Part shown: piece after piece, positions 1 to 13,560 of the stretch
Layout: each line of letters opens with the position of its first letter
How positions within the stretch are numbered: position 1 is the first letter of the stretch
Source: Eledone cirrhosa
Taxonomy: Eukaryota
Length of the DNA stretch: 64,000 nucleotides
Assembly (NCBI GenBank): GCA_964016885.1
Contig: OZ024740.1
Span: forward strand, 48,050,001 to 48,114,000
Direction of reading: 5' to 3'
The notes under the pieces: model-generated
Databases searched by the model: none
Told to the model about the DNA's origin: nothing
Seen by the model: the letters and a program-made list of their open reading frames with translations, nothing else
Position numbers and translations under genes: made by a program

Positions 1-1090
1 ATGTAATTGTATACACCAAGTCTTAAAACACTTCAAGTTGCTTCAAACCAACAAAATCACAAGATCTAACATTGTTTCTTCCATTACTATCAAACAGTGT
101 TCACCAGAGTTAGCCCCTCAACTTGCCAAACTCTTTGATATTTCTCTCTTTGCAGGAGGAGTACATTCCAATCTTTGGAAACATGCTACAGAGTGTCTTA
201 TTGTCAAGAAGTGTATCAACTCTTACTCTGCCAGCTAACAACTTAATTCTCTTACTCCCAACATCTTAAAATGATGGAAACAATCATTAACAGTCATCTT
301 ATTCAAAATTTTGAGTCTCTCTCCCTCTTCAATGGCCATCAGTACAGCATCTGTATAACCAGATCTACTGAAAATATACACTCATATATCACCCATTAGT
401 GATCCTGTTCCCCTTGACAAGTGAACTGATAGTAATGTCATTGCATTTGACATCAATAAAGAGTTTGATAGTGTCTGAAACAAGACTCTCTTAGCCAAGT
501 TGCTCACTTATGAGTTTCACCCATATCTCATTTCTTGGATTGAAATCTCTGTTAGACTTCTTTCTAACTATGTGCACTGACAAAGTTCCCTCTGATCCAT
601 ACTCAACCAGCTCTGATGTGTCCTTATGTTTGATTATATGATCCACACTTTTCTTGTTTGCTTTCTATGACCTCTAACAATGCTCTCTCTGATGCAGGTC
701 ACTCTTCTTTAATAATACATTATCCATGTGGAAATTAAACACTTTACATCAAGCTAACACTGTCTCTATGAACAAAGACTTTTAAAGCATTCCTCAATGC
801 TCTTTCAACAGCAAGAAGACATAATCAACATTCATATCAAGGAAACAATTTTGTACCCCACTCTTCAGTTTGGATAACACTGCAATAAAACCTTCAAAGT
901 CACTACAAATACTCAGCCTCACAATGTCTGATTATCCTTCCTGGCGACCTCATATACATAGCACAGTTAAGACTACATTCCAAAGACTGGCCTTCTCACT
1001 TCAGGGCTAAAAAATGTTTCATCTCTTATCAATTATTATCCTTCTATAAAGCTCAAAGATCAACAATAGAGTACTGTTCCTACATCCTAT
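1..1090 (+). pseudogene. Decayed CR1/L2/Jockey-like LINE reverse transcriptase remnant
   Basis: Broken frames give RT-like segments PELAPQLAKLF...LWKHA, KMMETIINSHL, GHQY, VIALDINKEFDSV; many stops and frameshifts. Confidence 0.6.
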
Positions 1091-2607
1091 CTATAAGCTA
1101 TAAAAAAAATACATGGACCTATAATGAATAACCATGAATGTGGTGTTGTTTTCTTTTTACATATATTTTGGATGATATATTGACAACCACTGGGCAACTA
1201 AATTTAAACAATTCTGTATTTTGTGGATTTCTTCCTTCTTCTTTCTTTCTGTTCTATATTGGCTTGTGTTTGATGAAAGTTTAAATTGTAATACTCTATT
1301 AATATTTTATATTAAAATTTTATAGAAAGAGTTAAGTGTATACTACTTATTGGTTAGATATGTATGTTCTCGTCTTTGTATCTCAAAATTCTCTAATAAA
1401 GAAAGACCCAATTTGTAAAAACAAATTTTATAACGAAATTCTGTGTTAGATATGCATTTTTTACTCCAACAACACAATGTCTGACCCTAAATAAAGGTCA
1501 GTGTAAGAAAATATAATAGAAATATTTTTCTGCCAAAAGAAAAAAAAATACAAAATGACTAATATTGTAACTTTGCTGGAAATAACAAATTGATATCCTT
1601 GAGGATTCTAAGCCAAGAGACATGTGAAATAGCGTTGATCGTGTTGATGTCTTTATAGAAAATAAACACAGACAAGAGAATAAACCTTATGAAAGAAATT
1701 TTTTGTGAAGATGGGCAGTGAAAAAACATGAAGTTTATACAATGTTCTCCCTGTTGATAATATCTGGCAAAGCAAAATATATCTAAACAAAATATATTTT
1801 ATTTGTTGTAATATTTTGTTTTATTTCAGTCTATTTTTTATAATTGTTGCAATTAGCTGCATGTTATTGTTACTTCATTTACCCATCTCTAGACTTATAC
1901 AAAATTGATATATATATATATATAATGTGTGTGTGTGTGTTATTGTTTTTAATTTTTTTCCCCTCATAATTTTTTGTTATTTCAAATTCTTACACAGTCA
2001 GCTCAGTCAGCTCTACTTTAAAGATATTCAGACAAAGAGTTATTCAGAGAAAATATATGTATTACTTACATACAAGGTCAGCTTTAAAGTCCACCAATAA
2101 CCACCTGCTTGATAAAACAACTTCCAAATGCTGACAAAACTATCTGTTCCTTGGCCAAGGCCAGTCACTACATACCCTTCTTAGTTCCACAAAGACTATG
2201 TTAATATTTTTGCCATGTCAATTGACTGTAGTTTAGTGTATGACAATGCAGCATGTTTAATAACCCACCATCTGCTCTACTATTCTCTATTATAAAGTAC
2301 CTACAGGTCCTGACATATACTTGTATAATTTGTCATTTCTTATCTCTGTTAAATTTATTTTTGTATATCATTACATTATACCAATAAAGAGGTTACAGGA
2401 AGATTGAAATTCTAGGAATACTGCTAGTTTAAAGATCTTCTATGAATAAATAATATCATAGAATGATCTATCAACTTAGTTATTTGCAGCTCTCAAGGAT
2501 TGGACTTCTGTCTAAATATCTAAGTTTACGGTGCCTGTCACAGTGATTCAAAACTGTGAGGATCCTATAATATAGTTGCATTCTACTCTTATTAATAGTT
2601 TGTCTAA

Positions 2608-2820
2608 CCCTTTAGTATTTATATTACTCTATATATACTATTGTGTTTTCACAATAAACACTTTATTTCACATAATTATCTCATATAATATCGAATGTAC
2701 AAGATTTTGATATTATTCATTTTGAGAACAATACCTTAACATAAGTACGGGCAGCCAGTTATGGTCGGTTTGAACAGAAAGAAATGAGAATTCTGGCTGG
2801 ATACGGCCAGTTTAAAAGGT
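2608..2820 (-). mobile_element. piggyBac-like MITE (family of 23379-23586), reverse orientation
   Basis: Begins TAACCCTTTAG; body is the reverse complement of the 23379 element (GAACAGAAAGAAATGAGAATTCTGGCTGGATACGGCCAG). Confidence 0.6.
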
Positions 2821-3907
2821 AAGGTCTAAAATTTGATGGCCTAATCAATATGTCTAATAATTTAGGTAATGAATTTGACAGTGATATATGTCCTATTTCA
2901 CTACAGTCTTCTTGCTTATGGTCACGATATCTCCAGAAATGCCTAGTCACTGGCATACAGAATCCCTAAACCTTAGCACTGCACTCTGGCTTTCACACAT
3001 CGTTTTGACAATAAATTGTTCTGAACTCTCAGTCAATTTATCCCCTACTGGAACTAGCAAACCAAGCTCCCTCCTCTGTTGTAGAGTTTCACTCACCTCT
3101 CAGTTGGAGCTAGTCTATGTTGGAAAAGAGAAAATGTTTCTCATTAAAAAGGAGTAAGCATCAATGAAAGAGAGGAAGGAGGAGAGAGATAAAGTCTAGA
3201 CCTCTAAATCATTTGGGCAATGCAAATTGGACTAATTCAGTTGGTAATGCAAATATCACAAGTACATCAATTCATTGTTGAATTCATAACTATATCTTCT
3301 TTTATTTTATCTACAATAAAAATGTATTTATTGGAAAATTCTATTACACAATTAGAAATGAGATTTAAAAAAAAAAAATACATTGGATTCTCAACTTTAA
3401 TCTATTGAAATGTTAAAAGTAACTTTACAAAAATTGTTTATTAACATGAAATACTGACTACTGTCATTTTAACAGATGAAATTGAAAGTTTCCAAGATGA
3501 GTTTACTAAACCAAATAAATGTTGCACATTTAAATCAAAATTAGGAAAAATCTTACCCAATTAACTGAAATTAACTTTTTCCATATTCAATTAACCGATT
3601 AATTTTACATAGATTTGATGTTAAACGGTTTGGTGTTTTGAAAGGTTATGCAATTATTCTGTATGCAATTAAGCTGAATTGGCTGAATTACGTTGGAAAT
3701 GTGTGAGAAATGTTCCAATAGTATACTTTTCTGTTTTGTTTGCTTTGTATGTAATTGTTGTTTAGTAAGCCACATGGCTATCACTGACTTGTGAGTGCTT
3801 GGTGGTAGTTGGTTGTAAGATACATTCCACCATTGTTTCCTCTGTACCTATATACACAACATCCATACGTATAAATATAGATACATGCATATAAACATTG
3901 TAAATGT

Positions 3908-4067
3908 GATTGGTGTTAGGAAGGGCATCCAGCCGTAGAAAACCTGCCAGATAGTCCTATATGAGTGAGACACGATCACCCAACCAACCTTGCCTCAAGT
4001 GGGACAACTCCCGTCTAATCCATGCTAGCGTGGAAGATGGACGTTAAACGAAGATGATGATGATGAT
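3908..4067 (+). mobile_element. RTE LINE 3'-end fragment
   Basis: TTGGTGTTAGGAAGGGCATCCAGC...CCATGCTAGC...GGACGTTAAACG plus (GAT)n tail, as in the RTE 3' UTR at 32235-32395. Confidence 0.7.
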
Positions 4068-4200
4068 ACATCTATGTTTATAGATACATATAAACATAGA
4101 TGCATATCCTGTAAAGAATGTGTTTAGTCATATTTTTATTTTTTATGGAAAGCACCTGAGTGCACAATTACAAGCCTCATGGAGCATTGTATTTATGTGT

Positions 4201-4819
4201 GCCTGCATGCTCCGATGGATGTGTAATAGTAATATACGCGAACGACAAAGCATAAATGAATTGAGAGAGAGACTGAGCATAAGAGGAATCAAATGCTGTG
4301 TGCAGGAGAGGTGGTTGCATTGGTATGGACATGTGATGCGTATGAAGGATGACAGCTGCATAAAAAGGTGCAGAACACTAGAAGTCAATGGAAACCGTGG
4401 AGTGGGGAGACCCAAGAAGACCTGGGATGAGGTGATAAAAGTCGACCTTACCCAATTACACCTCTCAAAGGCGATGTGACCTCTGGCGTCACGCAGTAAT
4501 ACAGAGTACCCGACCTCCCAAGGGTACAAGCTGAATCATATAGACAATATGCCCCCACACCCTCCCACTGCAAGGTGGTCGTGGAGGTGCCACGGCAAAA
4601 AAGCACCCAGCCCACACTGTAAAGTGGACGTGTAGGCGCCCAGCACTCACTGTAAATGAGGTTGGTGTTAGGAAGGGCATCCAGCTGTAGAAATCAAGCC
4701 AGAATCAGTTCCTGTATGAGCATGACATGGTCAGCCGACCAGACACTGCCCACAACAGGACAACCCGTCTAACCCATGCTAGCATGGAAGAACAGACGTA
4801 AAACGATGATGATTATGAT
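4201..4819 (+). mobile_element. 5'-truncated RTE LINE (ORF C-terminus, 3' UTR, (GAT)n tail)
   Basis: ACMLRWMCNS...WYGHVMRM...GRPKKTWDEVIK, near-identical to 31750-32395. Confidence 0.9.
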
Positions 4820-4964
4820 ATGTGTATGTGTGCATATGCATGTATGTATGTATGTATGTATGTATATATATATATATATATATGTGTGTGTTTGTGTATT
4901 TTAATACACATACACTATAAGAACTTATGTCTGATCACCAGTTTAGACATAACAGGGTTCATGT

Positions 4965-5025
4965 ACAAGTTCTGATGATGGAGATTACATTACTTGATAC
5001 AGAATGTCTCTGAAACTAGCAGATT
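4965..5025 (+). ncRNA. Degenerate hammerhead ribozyme motif in a small microsatellite-flanked cassette
   Basis: CTGATGA (4972) - GAGA(tt)CATT/AATGTCTC stem II - GAAACTAG; the cleavage triplet appears mutated. Confidence 0.35.
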
Positions 5026-5494
5026 TTTTAAGTGTTCTGGTAATACTATATATTAAAATATACCTATATTACATCCTTGTTTACACATATTGAGGGATCA
5101 TTCTTTAATAATACCAAATCACACTCAGGTAACTGTGTGTGTGTGTGTATACCACTCCTCCTATCTTAGCTATTTTCCCTGTTAATACTTCTGTATCTGT
5201 GTTCTCACATTGTTGTCCAAATCTTTTGGGTACCATAATATTAATGAATTTTCACAAAGTTTGAAGAAGAAAAACTCGTAAGTCAATGAAGTAATAACAG
5301 GCAGTAAATATATATGTAAACTAAAACACCTATAACGTTAGCCTCATTAATAACCATTATCAACATGAAATTAAAAGGCATAATGAAAAATCTCAGATCA
5401 TGTTTAACCTAATTTAAAATGCAGATCAAAAATATACAACAGTGATAATAAAAGTACTGAAATAAATAAATAATTCTAAAAAAAATTTATCAGC

Positions 5495-5735
5495 GTAATT
5501 GTTGTGGGTTCGATTCCTGGACTGGTTGCATGTTGCGTTCTTGAGCAAAACACTTCATTTCATGTTGCTCCAGTATACTCAGCTGAAAATGAGTACCAGC
5601 AATAGCTAGGGGTTTAACCCTGTGATAGACTGGCATCCTATCCAGTGGGGAGTCTTGTACTCTGTTGCTTCATGCCATGAAACCACAATAAGCACTGGCC
5701 TAACAAGCCTTCTGGCTTAAGACAGACTTTAGATC
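5495..5735 (+). mobile_element. tRNA-derived SINE, family 2 (CORE-like)
   Basis: B-box GGTTCGATTCC followed by TTGAGCAAAACACTTCATTTCATGTTGCTCCAG...CTCAGCTG; same core at 11385, 12868, 53975, 61548. Confidence 0.7.
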
Positions 5736-5782
5736 TATTAGAATTGCAATCAGCAAAATATGATGAAAAATATGCATTTTGC

Positions 5783-5987
5783 CCCATTAGCATTCAAACC
5801 AGCCATATCTGGCCAGAATTCTCTCACCTCTTTCTGTTCAAACCAGCTGTAACTGGCCATTCATACTGCTGTTACGGTATTTTTCTCAAAATAAATATCA
5901 AAATCTCATAGATTTGATATTATGTGAGATAAAGCCTTTACCATGAAAATATAATAGTAAATATAGAGTAATGTAAAGGCTGAAGGG
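5783..5987 (+). mobile_element. piggyBac-like MITE
   Basis: Homologous to 23379-23586; ends GCTGAAGGG|TTAA. Confidence 0.7.
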
Positions 5988-6209
5988 TTAAAGAAAGTTA
6001 TGAGAAAACAAATTTGGATGGTAGTGGTATAAACTGTAGATAGGCCCTATTGGTTATACAAGATAGCTAAGATATTCAATATACCTAATTCAATAGTAGA
6101 AAATCATGTGTAGAAATTTTCTATTTCAGTTAAATGCAAGGCAGGAGGTTAAAAAATGAGTTGGGTGAATTGTTAATTCTCCAAATTCCAGAGTGGTGAC
6201 TATATTTAA

Positions 6210-6368
6210 CTCTTTAGCATTTAAACCAGCCATATCCGGCCAGAATTCTGTCACCTCTTTCTGTTCAAACCACTTGTAACCAGATGTTCATACTGATATT
6301 AAGGTATTGTTCTCAAAATAAATATGAAAATTTCATAGATTCAATATTATGTGAAATACAATAGTAAA
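6210..6368 (+). mobile_element. piggyBac-like MITE, truncated
   Basis: TTAA|CTCTTTAGCATTTAAACCAGCC start with the same body as the 5783 and 23379 copies. Confidence 0.65.
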
Positions 6369-7227
6369 ACAATTCTTTTGATAAAAGGAACTGATTGAGT
6401 TGGTCTCCGTACAAAGGTTTGTTGTTGAATAATTGTGGTGTTCACACAGTGATTTCATGAACTGTAGAGAGATTACATTCTAGTTAAAAGCATAAATACT
6501 TCTATTGAATATGATGCAATAAATTGTACGTTTACTAAATTTTTTAGGAGATTGTACTAAGCCCAAGTAACATTGAGGAGCTAGAATGCTACTGGAATAT
6601 GTGTGTTTGTGGTGTGAAACCTAATGAATGCATGAAACACTATCATACATAACATCAGAATTGCTAGAGAGTTAGTGTTTTGAAGATTTTATCCTTCAGC
6701 TAAGCCAATCTGCTTGAAAATATGTAATATATAGTTTGGTGAAGCTAAGAAAATATTATTACAAATTGCTTGTTTATTTTTTAATGTTAACATATAAGAA
6801 AAGAAACTGGTGTGTGTATGCACACAAGAGCATGTGTGTGTGTTTGTGTTTGCTTGCCAATCTTTGTTTCTCCCTATATGCGTTTTTATAATGTATGTAA
6901 ATCTACTTATTTAACTGTATATCTGTAATGTCAAAGATTGATGTATGTTAGGATGCTATGCCAAAAGGAAATATCCAATGTATCAAGTAGAGCTCCTCTA
7001 CTTCACCCCACACACTTTATTGGAGGTATTGTTGCAGAAGAACATGCTCAAAATGTTACTTCTTCTTTTCATACTACACCAGGAATGAAAAACCTTTTTA
7101 TATATTTATATATTAGGCATCACTTGTGATTAGCTTTGGACAAATACGAATCTGCTAATAATATTAAGCAGATGTAAACATATGCTGAGCATATTTGAGA
7201 ATCACTATATTTTTAATAAATGTTTAA

Positions 7228-7432
7228 CTCTTAATCCCCTCTAATGATTTATCAGAAAATGTCTAAAAACAGGCCTGTTAAATCAAATGTTTATAATATC
7301 TTTATCATTAGACAAACTATAGTGAACGTTTGCAGCATTAGAATAAAGAATTTGATTTTCAATGTAATGCAATTTTTCACTTTTCAAAAATGCCTTGCTC
7401 ATGCAGTTTCATGTGGTACAAGATATTAAGAG
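7228..7432. mobile_element. Possible TTAA-flanked MITE
   Basis: TTAA|CTCTTAAT ... ATTAAGAG|TTAA short inverted ends. Confidence 0.35.
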
Positions 7433-8394
7433 TTAACATTATTCATGATTATGATAAGTGGATTCCACTATATTGCAGAAAATATTATTAAATATTCATA
7501 AAAATATAATTATATTTATTCTGAAAATGTAATTCTGAATATTTATGTAAGAAACAAAGAATAGAAGCTAATTTATAATAGCTTTTAACAACCTTTAAGA
7601 TCATTAGAATAAATATTATACTATGTAATCAACAAAAGTTTATATTTTATGCAAAATCATGATAGCCACACATAAGCTGCATGTCCCCTACCCTCATTAC
7701 ACAAATATCACAACACAATCATAACCTGATGGTGATTGAAGCCAAATTCCCTTTCATTTATACTCTACCATCTTAAATAAAAAAAAGGACAATTTGGATA
7801 ATATGTTCTTAAGTTCTCTGCACCTAAAAAATAAATTTCTCGGATGAAATAGGTCTGCTTCTTTGGGGCTGTCGTCTAGGTGTATAAACATGCTAACAAC
7901 TTCAATACACATTCCTTCAAAACTTGGTGGTTTCATAGACACATGCATGAAAAGCATAGGCAGTGTTTGTTTTATTTTTTCATTAGAAATATAGTAATGA
8001 AAGGGTTAGTTAATATTATGAAGAATCTGTTCTCTCCACTATTCATCTCTATTACCTGGACCTCAGCAACAAAGACTTCCAATCTCTTCCTCATTCCTCT
8101 AAGTTTATCCAGGAAACTCCTACTACCATTAGTTGTTCAACTATCTTTCATTCTGTATTGAAGGTACCTAGTTATTTCATTTGGTGACCTCCCTACGTAA
8201 TTTTTCTTGGATCTCAACGTAGATACCACTTGAACGTCCTGAATTGTCTGCTCCAGTTAGTCGCCTCATCTACTTATATTCCTCGAGCTTAAGAGAAAAC
8301 TTCTACCAGATCCCTTGACCTGCTACAATTAACATCCAAATACCCTTCAATTCAGACCCTACTCTCTTAATAAGGAAAGGTTACAGTAATCCTA

Positions 8395-8485
8395 CATATC
8401 CTTAGGCAGATGGTATGGTCACAACTAGAATGCCTTTGATAATAATTTTGTTCGATCAGGGTTGATCTAGGGTTAAACAACAACC
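8395..8485 (-). repeat. Unclassified dispersed repeat (also ~8940-9090, 26480-26770, 56095-56560, 59125-59320)
   Basis: Shared motifs ATGGTCAC..CTAGAATGCCTTTGAT..GATCAGGG..AAACAACAAC and CTAGAAATAGCAGCCAAATCTCCCTCAAATCACAC recur across the window. Confidence 0.45.
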
Positions 8486-9439
8486 TCTCCAATTACATAA
8501 AGCCATTAAAGATAGTTGGCTCTAACAGTGTTCCTCTAACAGAGCTAACCCTTAGTATCATTAAACTCTTCAATCTTCTCTCTTTATGAAAATCTGCTCT
8601 TAATCTATGGAAACCCACAATATTGTGTTCTATCCTCAAGCCGAAAAACCCCTTCCAACATCTTAAAGCTGAACAAGAGACAACCTAGTCAAAATCACAT
8701 CCCTTTGCTTTTTAGACCAACATGCTGTTATTGTCACAAGCAGAGTAAGGGAGAATGGGTAGTTGCCTCCTTTCTACTAGGTGCAAAATTTTCTCTGGTC
8801 CAACATGCTTGTTGATTATGGTGAGGACATTAAAAGTTCCTCTGGTCTATCACACCTGTTAAGGTAATGACATCAAAAGTGTCTTTGTTACAGGGCTGCT
8901 GAGACCTTTACTACACTATTGACTTTTATTGAGCAAAGCTACAATTGAAGATATTCCAGCCTTAACCATCTCATCTTTATTTTTCAGACATAATGTATTT
9001 AGGACTATATTATCCAATGTGTCCTTCCTTTTATAAAAAAAGATATTATGGTGTAATTTGAGAGAGATTTGAATGCTTCTTCTAGCATTTATGCTCCCTC
9101 TTTATGTAGTTTCTAGTGGTTACAATCCCCAAATTGTTTAAAAATGAGACTTAATATGTATATTATTATAAAGAATTAATTCAAAGTTAGTGGGTTGGCA
9201 CAAATATAAAAGATGAAAGAGGGAGGTGAAAGGTTACTGTATAGATAACATTAAACAAATGAGAGAGCATGAGGAGGTGAGGCCAATTTTAATGTAGGTA
9301 AGATTAAACAAAACAAAGGGAGGGAAATATGGTTCCAAAGTATTTATCATGTTCTTATTCAGCTCTGCAGTAAAATAAATTCCATAAGGTTAAAGGGCAC
9401 TGGTAGAAAAAATAACACTACTTCTGACAAATTTGATCT

Positions 9440-9476
<37 letters not shown>

Positions 9477-9587
9477 AGTTCTGAAAAAGAGGTTAAAAAA
9501 CTCCAGATCCCTCATAGAATAATATAAGATGAAGATATAGTCATATGTGCAATATAATCACAAATATATATGTACGCACGCACACAC

Positions 9588-10110
9588 TGGGGTCAATTTA
9601 ATCAACCCATTCTTCCCCATCTAAATTTCTGGCCTTGTGCCAAACGTAGAAACTATTATTATTATTATTATTTATTGTTATTATTAAGGGTGGTTGATTG
9701 GCAGTATCGGTAGAGAGTCGGACTCCATGCTTTGCAGCATAGTTACGGCCCTTTACGGTCTGAGTTCAAATCCCGCCGAGGTTAACTTTGCCTTTCATCC
9801 TTACAGGGTCGATAAAATAAAGTACCAGTAATGTACTGGGATGATTGCTGGCTTTGTGCCAAAAGTAGAAACAGTTATTATTAAGGGCGGTGGATTGGCA
9901 GTATCGGTAGAGCGTTGGACACTATGCTTTGTGGCATAGAGTTATGGCCCTTTGCATTCTGAGTGCAAGTCCTGCCGAAGTTAGCTTTGCCTTTCATCCT
10001 TACAGGATTGATAAAATAAAGTACCAGTAATGCACTGAGGTCGATTTAGTCGACTTTCCCCTCCCCAAAAATTACTGGCCTTGTGCCTATACTAGAAATC
10101 ATTATTATTA
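9588..10110 (+). mobile_element. Tandem array of tRNA-derived SINE family 1 (tail fragment plus 2 copies)
   Basis: A-box TGGCAGTATCGG, B-box GAGTTCAAATCC, core TTGCCTTTCATCCTTAC-GGGTCGATAAAATAAAGTACCAG (Nin/Deu-like), (ATT)n tail. Confidence 0.85.
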
Positions 10111-10518
10111 TTAGTAGTAGTATAAGTTGGGCATACTCATTTTAATCACCTTTAACCAATCATATGTATGTTCAATCAATCATTTTGTTTTACAGATTTT
10201 TTATAATCCTTTCTTGTAATCATTCATCATTATCATCAACAATGATCTCTATTGAAACTGGAATATAGCACACATTTGTACAAAATAAATTAAACCAACC
10301 ACTAAATTATTTTCTAATAAGGCTAAATAGATCATCTTATTTACAATCTATTCCTGACCCAAGCAAGATTGTATAAACTGTATAAACTAACAAAACCTAT
10401 AGAAATTCCTCATTTTATAAATGTTTTCATTTCTGTTTTGGTGTCTAAATTTATAGAAGTTTAAAACATTGTTTCAGATTTCAATTTATAGATCTTCATT
10501 ATATTGTTTCACAATTAA

Positions 10519-10683
10519 CTCTTTAGTTACCATATTTCTTATGAAAGACAATGCAAATGAGTTTCAAATAATTTTGAAAATCAAGAATTCTTTCTGATTA
10601 TTAAGTTGGCTTTGAAGAAAATGTAAAATTATAATGGGAGAACACAATTAGGGGCAATTTCAGATGGTTTAGTGTCAAAAGGG
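10519..10683. mobile_element. piggyBac-like MITE, second family
   Basis: TTAA|CTCTTT ... AAAAGGG|TTAA; body resembles 11706-11932. Confidence 0.5.
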
Positions 10684-11384
10684 TTAAAGATTTGGGTTTT
10701 TGTCTTCAATTTTGTCTCATAGTTTAAGATTGTTCAATAATTAACCAGTGAGACATGTATTTGAGTGGTTTTTTTTTATTATTAACAAGGAGAGTTTTTG
10801 CAACAATGATATAGAAACATGATCTGTGTGTAACACCAGCTTGGGAAAGGCTTTCACTAGAAATGATCAGAATGTGATGTGGTGTGTTTTTAGTAATATT
10901 CGTAAATAAGTTATTTTCATCTGTTAATTTTGTGTGGAAATAAACTGGAACATTTTTTTGCATTTCAGTATGAATTCTGTAGCTAAATAGTTGTACAATA
11001 CATATATTGTAGAAAATTTGTATATGAAAAAAAAACCCCATTACGAGAGATGCCATCAGCATGAAAGGTGCCTAGTTATTTCACTTGGTTAAGTTAATGT
11101 GAGCATATTTAATGCAGTGAACATGACTTATGTACAATATTATTTACTTGGTGATTCTCTCATTGCTTTAGCAAATAGGGTGAAATTCTGTGCTTCACTT
11201 AGCAGGTCCAATAATATCGAAACATGGCCTGGGTTGCCTCCTATACTAAAGGATAAAAATAATATGAATGGATGTCAACATTGATTTAATGTTGACATCC
11301 TTTCAAGTATGGACTTCTAGTTAAATTTTTCGTATTCCTGACATTAAATATGTTAAAACTATAGAAATACAAGGTAAATAGTAT

Positions 11385-11690
11385 AGTGGTTCAGGTGTTT
11401 CACTCAAAATTGTAATATCGTGAGTTTTATTCCCAGCAATACATTGTGCCCTTGAGCAAGTCACTTTATTTCATGTTGCTCTAGTTCACTCAGTTAAGAA
11501 AAAAGTGCTGTAACTGTAATATAAAGGGCTAGCCTTGTCACACACTGTGTCACACTGAATCTCCCTAAGAACTATGTTTAAGGTGCATGTGTCTGTGTAA
11601 TGCTCAGCCAATTGCATGTTAATTTCATGAGCAGACTTCCATTTGTTCAAATAACTGGTACATTCATTATCGTAATCAACAGAGATCCAA
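11385..11690 (+). mobile_element. tRNA-derived SINE, family 2
   Basis: CCTTGAGCAAGTCACTTTATTTCATGTTGCTCTAGTTCACTCAG core; 3' part matches the reverse complement of 61548-61720. Confidence 0.7.
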
Positions 11691-11705
11691 CATTGTATTG
11701 ATTAA

Positions 11706-11932
11706 CCCTTTCATTATCATATTTGTATTGAAAGACATTGCTTATGGTTTTCAAATAATTATGAAAATAATAAAAAATTTGAAGGGATTTAGTAAAATGG
11801 CTAATTTTCTCATTAAGCAGCAGTTTGAAGAATAACTTAAATGTTTTTAGATAAACATAAACATTTTAAAACAAACAACTTAATAATCATAGATCCAGGG
11901 TCGGTTTTGGGTAGTTTGGCATTAAAAATAGT
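11706..11932. mobile_element. piggyBac-like MITE, second family
   Basis: TTAA|CCCTTTC start; similar to the 10519 element; right end degraded. Confidence 0.45.
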
Positions 11933-12391
11933 TACAGGTGGTTCCAATATTTCCTAGTTTCTTGCATCTCTTGTTCTCAAAACTAAAACTTTCTAATACA
12001 ATCAACCACACAAGCTGGTTTCCGTTTGAGTGTTTCATAAATTTCCGTCTATTTGTCTAACACCATCTAGGTATAATTACATTCCAGTGTGTTATGTTGA
12101 TAGTATGGTATTAGTGTGGTGGCTGAAATAGACAACAAAGCCATAAGTATATTTGGATGAAGCATTTATAGTGTAAATTTTCAATAGTTGACATTTTTCT
12201 TGCTCATTTAAATCCAATGATGACTGCTGTTCTTACATTTATATTTCCTATTCCACACCTTTCTTTCTTAATCTTTAATTTAACTAGTCATCTGCAATAG
12301 TTGAAATAAATGACATTTAGTTTCAGAGATTTGCTTTCCTCCTTTAGCCCACACTGACTATCCTTTCTTTTATTATCCTGCTTGGGTTCTT

Positions 12392-12580
12392 GTGGATTGG
12401 CAGTATCGGTAGAGGGTCGGATGCCATGCTTTCCAGCATAGTTACGTCCCTTTACGATCTGAGTTCAAATCCCGCCGAGGTTGACTTTGCCTTTCATCCT
12501 TACGGCATCAATAAAATAAAGTACCAGTAATGCACTGGGTAATTGCTGGCCTTGTGCCTAAAGTAGAAACAATTATATTA
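12392..12580 (+). mobile_element. SINE family 1 (short-tail form)
   Basis: Intact A/B boxes and core. Confidence 0.85.
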
Positions 12581-12619
12581 TCAATGTATGTCTTGAGGTG
12601 TCTGTGTCTATATATATAT

Positions 12620-12845
12620 AAACCCATGCTAGTGTGGAAGATAGATGTTAAATGATGATATGTATCATCATCATCATTTCATTTTACGTCCGCTTTTTCC
12701 CTGCTTGCAAGGGTGGGACGGGAACTGATTCTGGCTTGATTTCTACAGCTGGATGCCCTTCCTAACACCAACCTAATTTACAGTGAGTGGTGGGTGCTTT
12801 TTTGCCGTGGCACCTCCACGACCACTTTGCGGTGGAATGATATGG
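12620..12845. mobile_element. Two tail-to-tail RTE 3'-end fragments
   Basis: AACCCATGCTAG...GATGAT on +, then (CAT)n...GGATGCCCTTCCTAACACCAACC...GCACCTCCACGACCAC on -. Confidence 0.65.
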
Positions 12846-12867
12846 ACCCCAGTCCCTATCATCTCAT

Positions 12868-13005
12868 TTCTACAGCTGAGTAAACTGGAGCAATATGAAA
12901 TAAAGTGTCTTGCTCAAGGAAACAACACATCACCCGGTCTGAGAATTGAACTCACAACCTTTCGATTGCAAGGCCAATGCTCTAACCACTAAGCCATGTG
13001 CCTTC
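12868..13005 (-). mobile_element. SINE family 2, 5' part
   Basis: Reverse-complement tRNA head plus AAAGTGTCTTGCTCAAGG core. Confidence 0.7.
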
Positions 13006-13437
13006 ATTATATATATATTTATATATGGAACTAACTGTTGAAACGGCAAGAGCTAAACTGTTGGGTCCCAACTCTTTATAATATATATATATATATATAT
13101 GTGTGTGCACATGTGTACATATATGCACGCACACACACATGTATATATATAAGTGTGTGCACTTGTGTACATATATGCACGCACACACACATGTATATAA
13201 GCTTGGTTGCACAAACTGCTAGGTTTGAAAAGTGCTCTTAAGCACCGAAAACCAGGTTCTTGAATCACTAATGTAGCTTTACAGATATAATAAAGTATGT
13301 GTGTGTACGTATGTGCATGTATATGTATGCATATATATATATATATATGTGTGTGTATATATGTGTGTATATATATGCGTATATATATATATCTGTGTGC
13401 GTGGATATATATATGTATATATGTATGTATGTAAAAG

Positions 13438-13560
13438 GTAAACAGAAATAACAAAACCGACGGCACAGTACATGGAATAAATATATTAGTTTAGTGCTTG
13501 AAATAGCAGGAAGAGAGTTGTAACGTTTTGGACATGAGTCTTCATCAGAAGGTAGTTAGA
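13438..13560 (-). mobile_element. Microsatellite-abutting cassette with degenerate hammerhead (same family as 49375-49500)
   Basis: Minus strand CTGATGA-AGAC-TCAT-GTCC-AAAACGTTA (GAAA mutated); flank AACAGAAATAACAA...CACAGTACA...ATATATTAGTTT shared with 49383. Confidence 0.55.

Noticed and set aside
2070-2130. Minus-strand exon ending at GTAAGT
   Set aside because: No recognisable peptide; the sequence may be a decayed DNA-transposon end
9688-9780. tRNA genes
   Set aside because: A/B boxes belong to SINE heads and continue into SINE core and tail; no full cloverleaf
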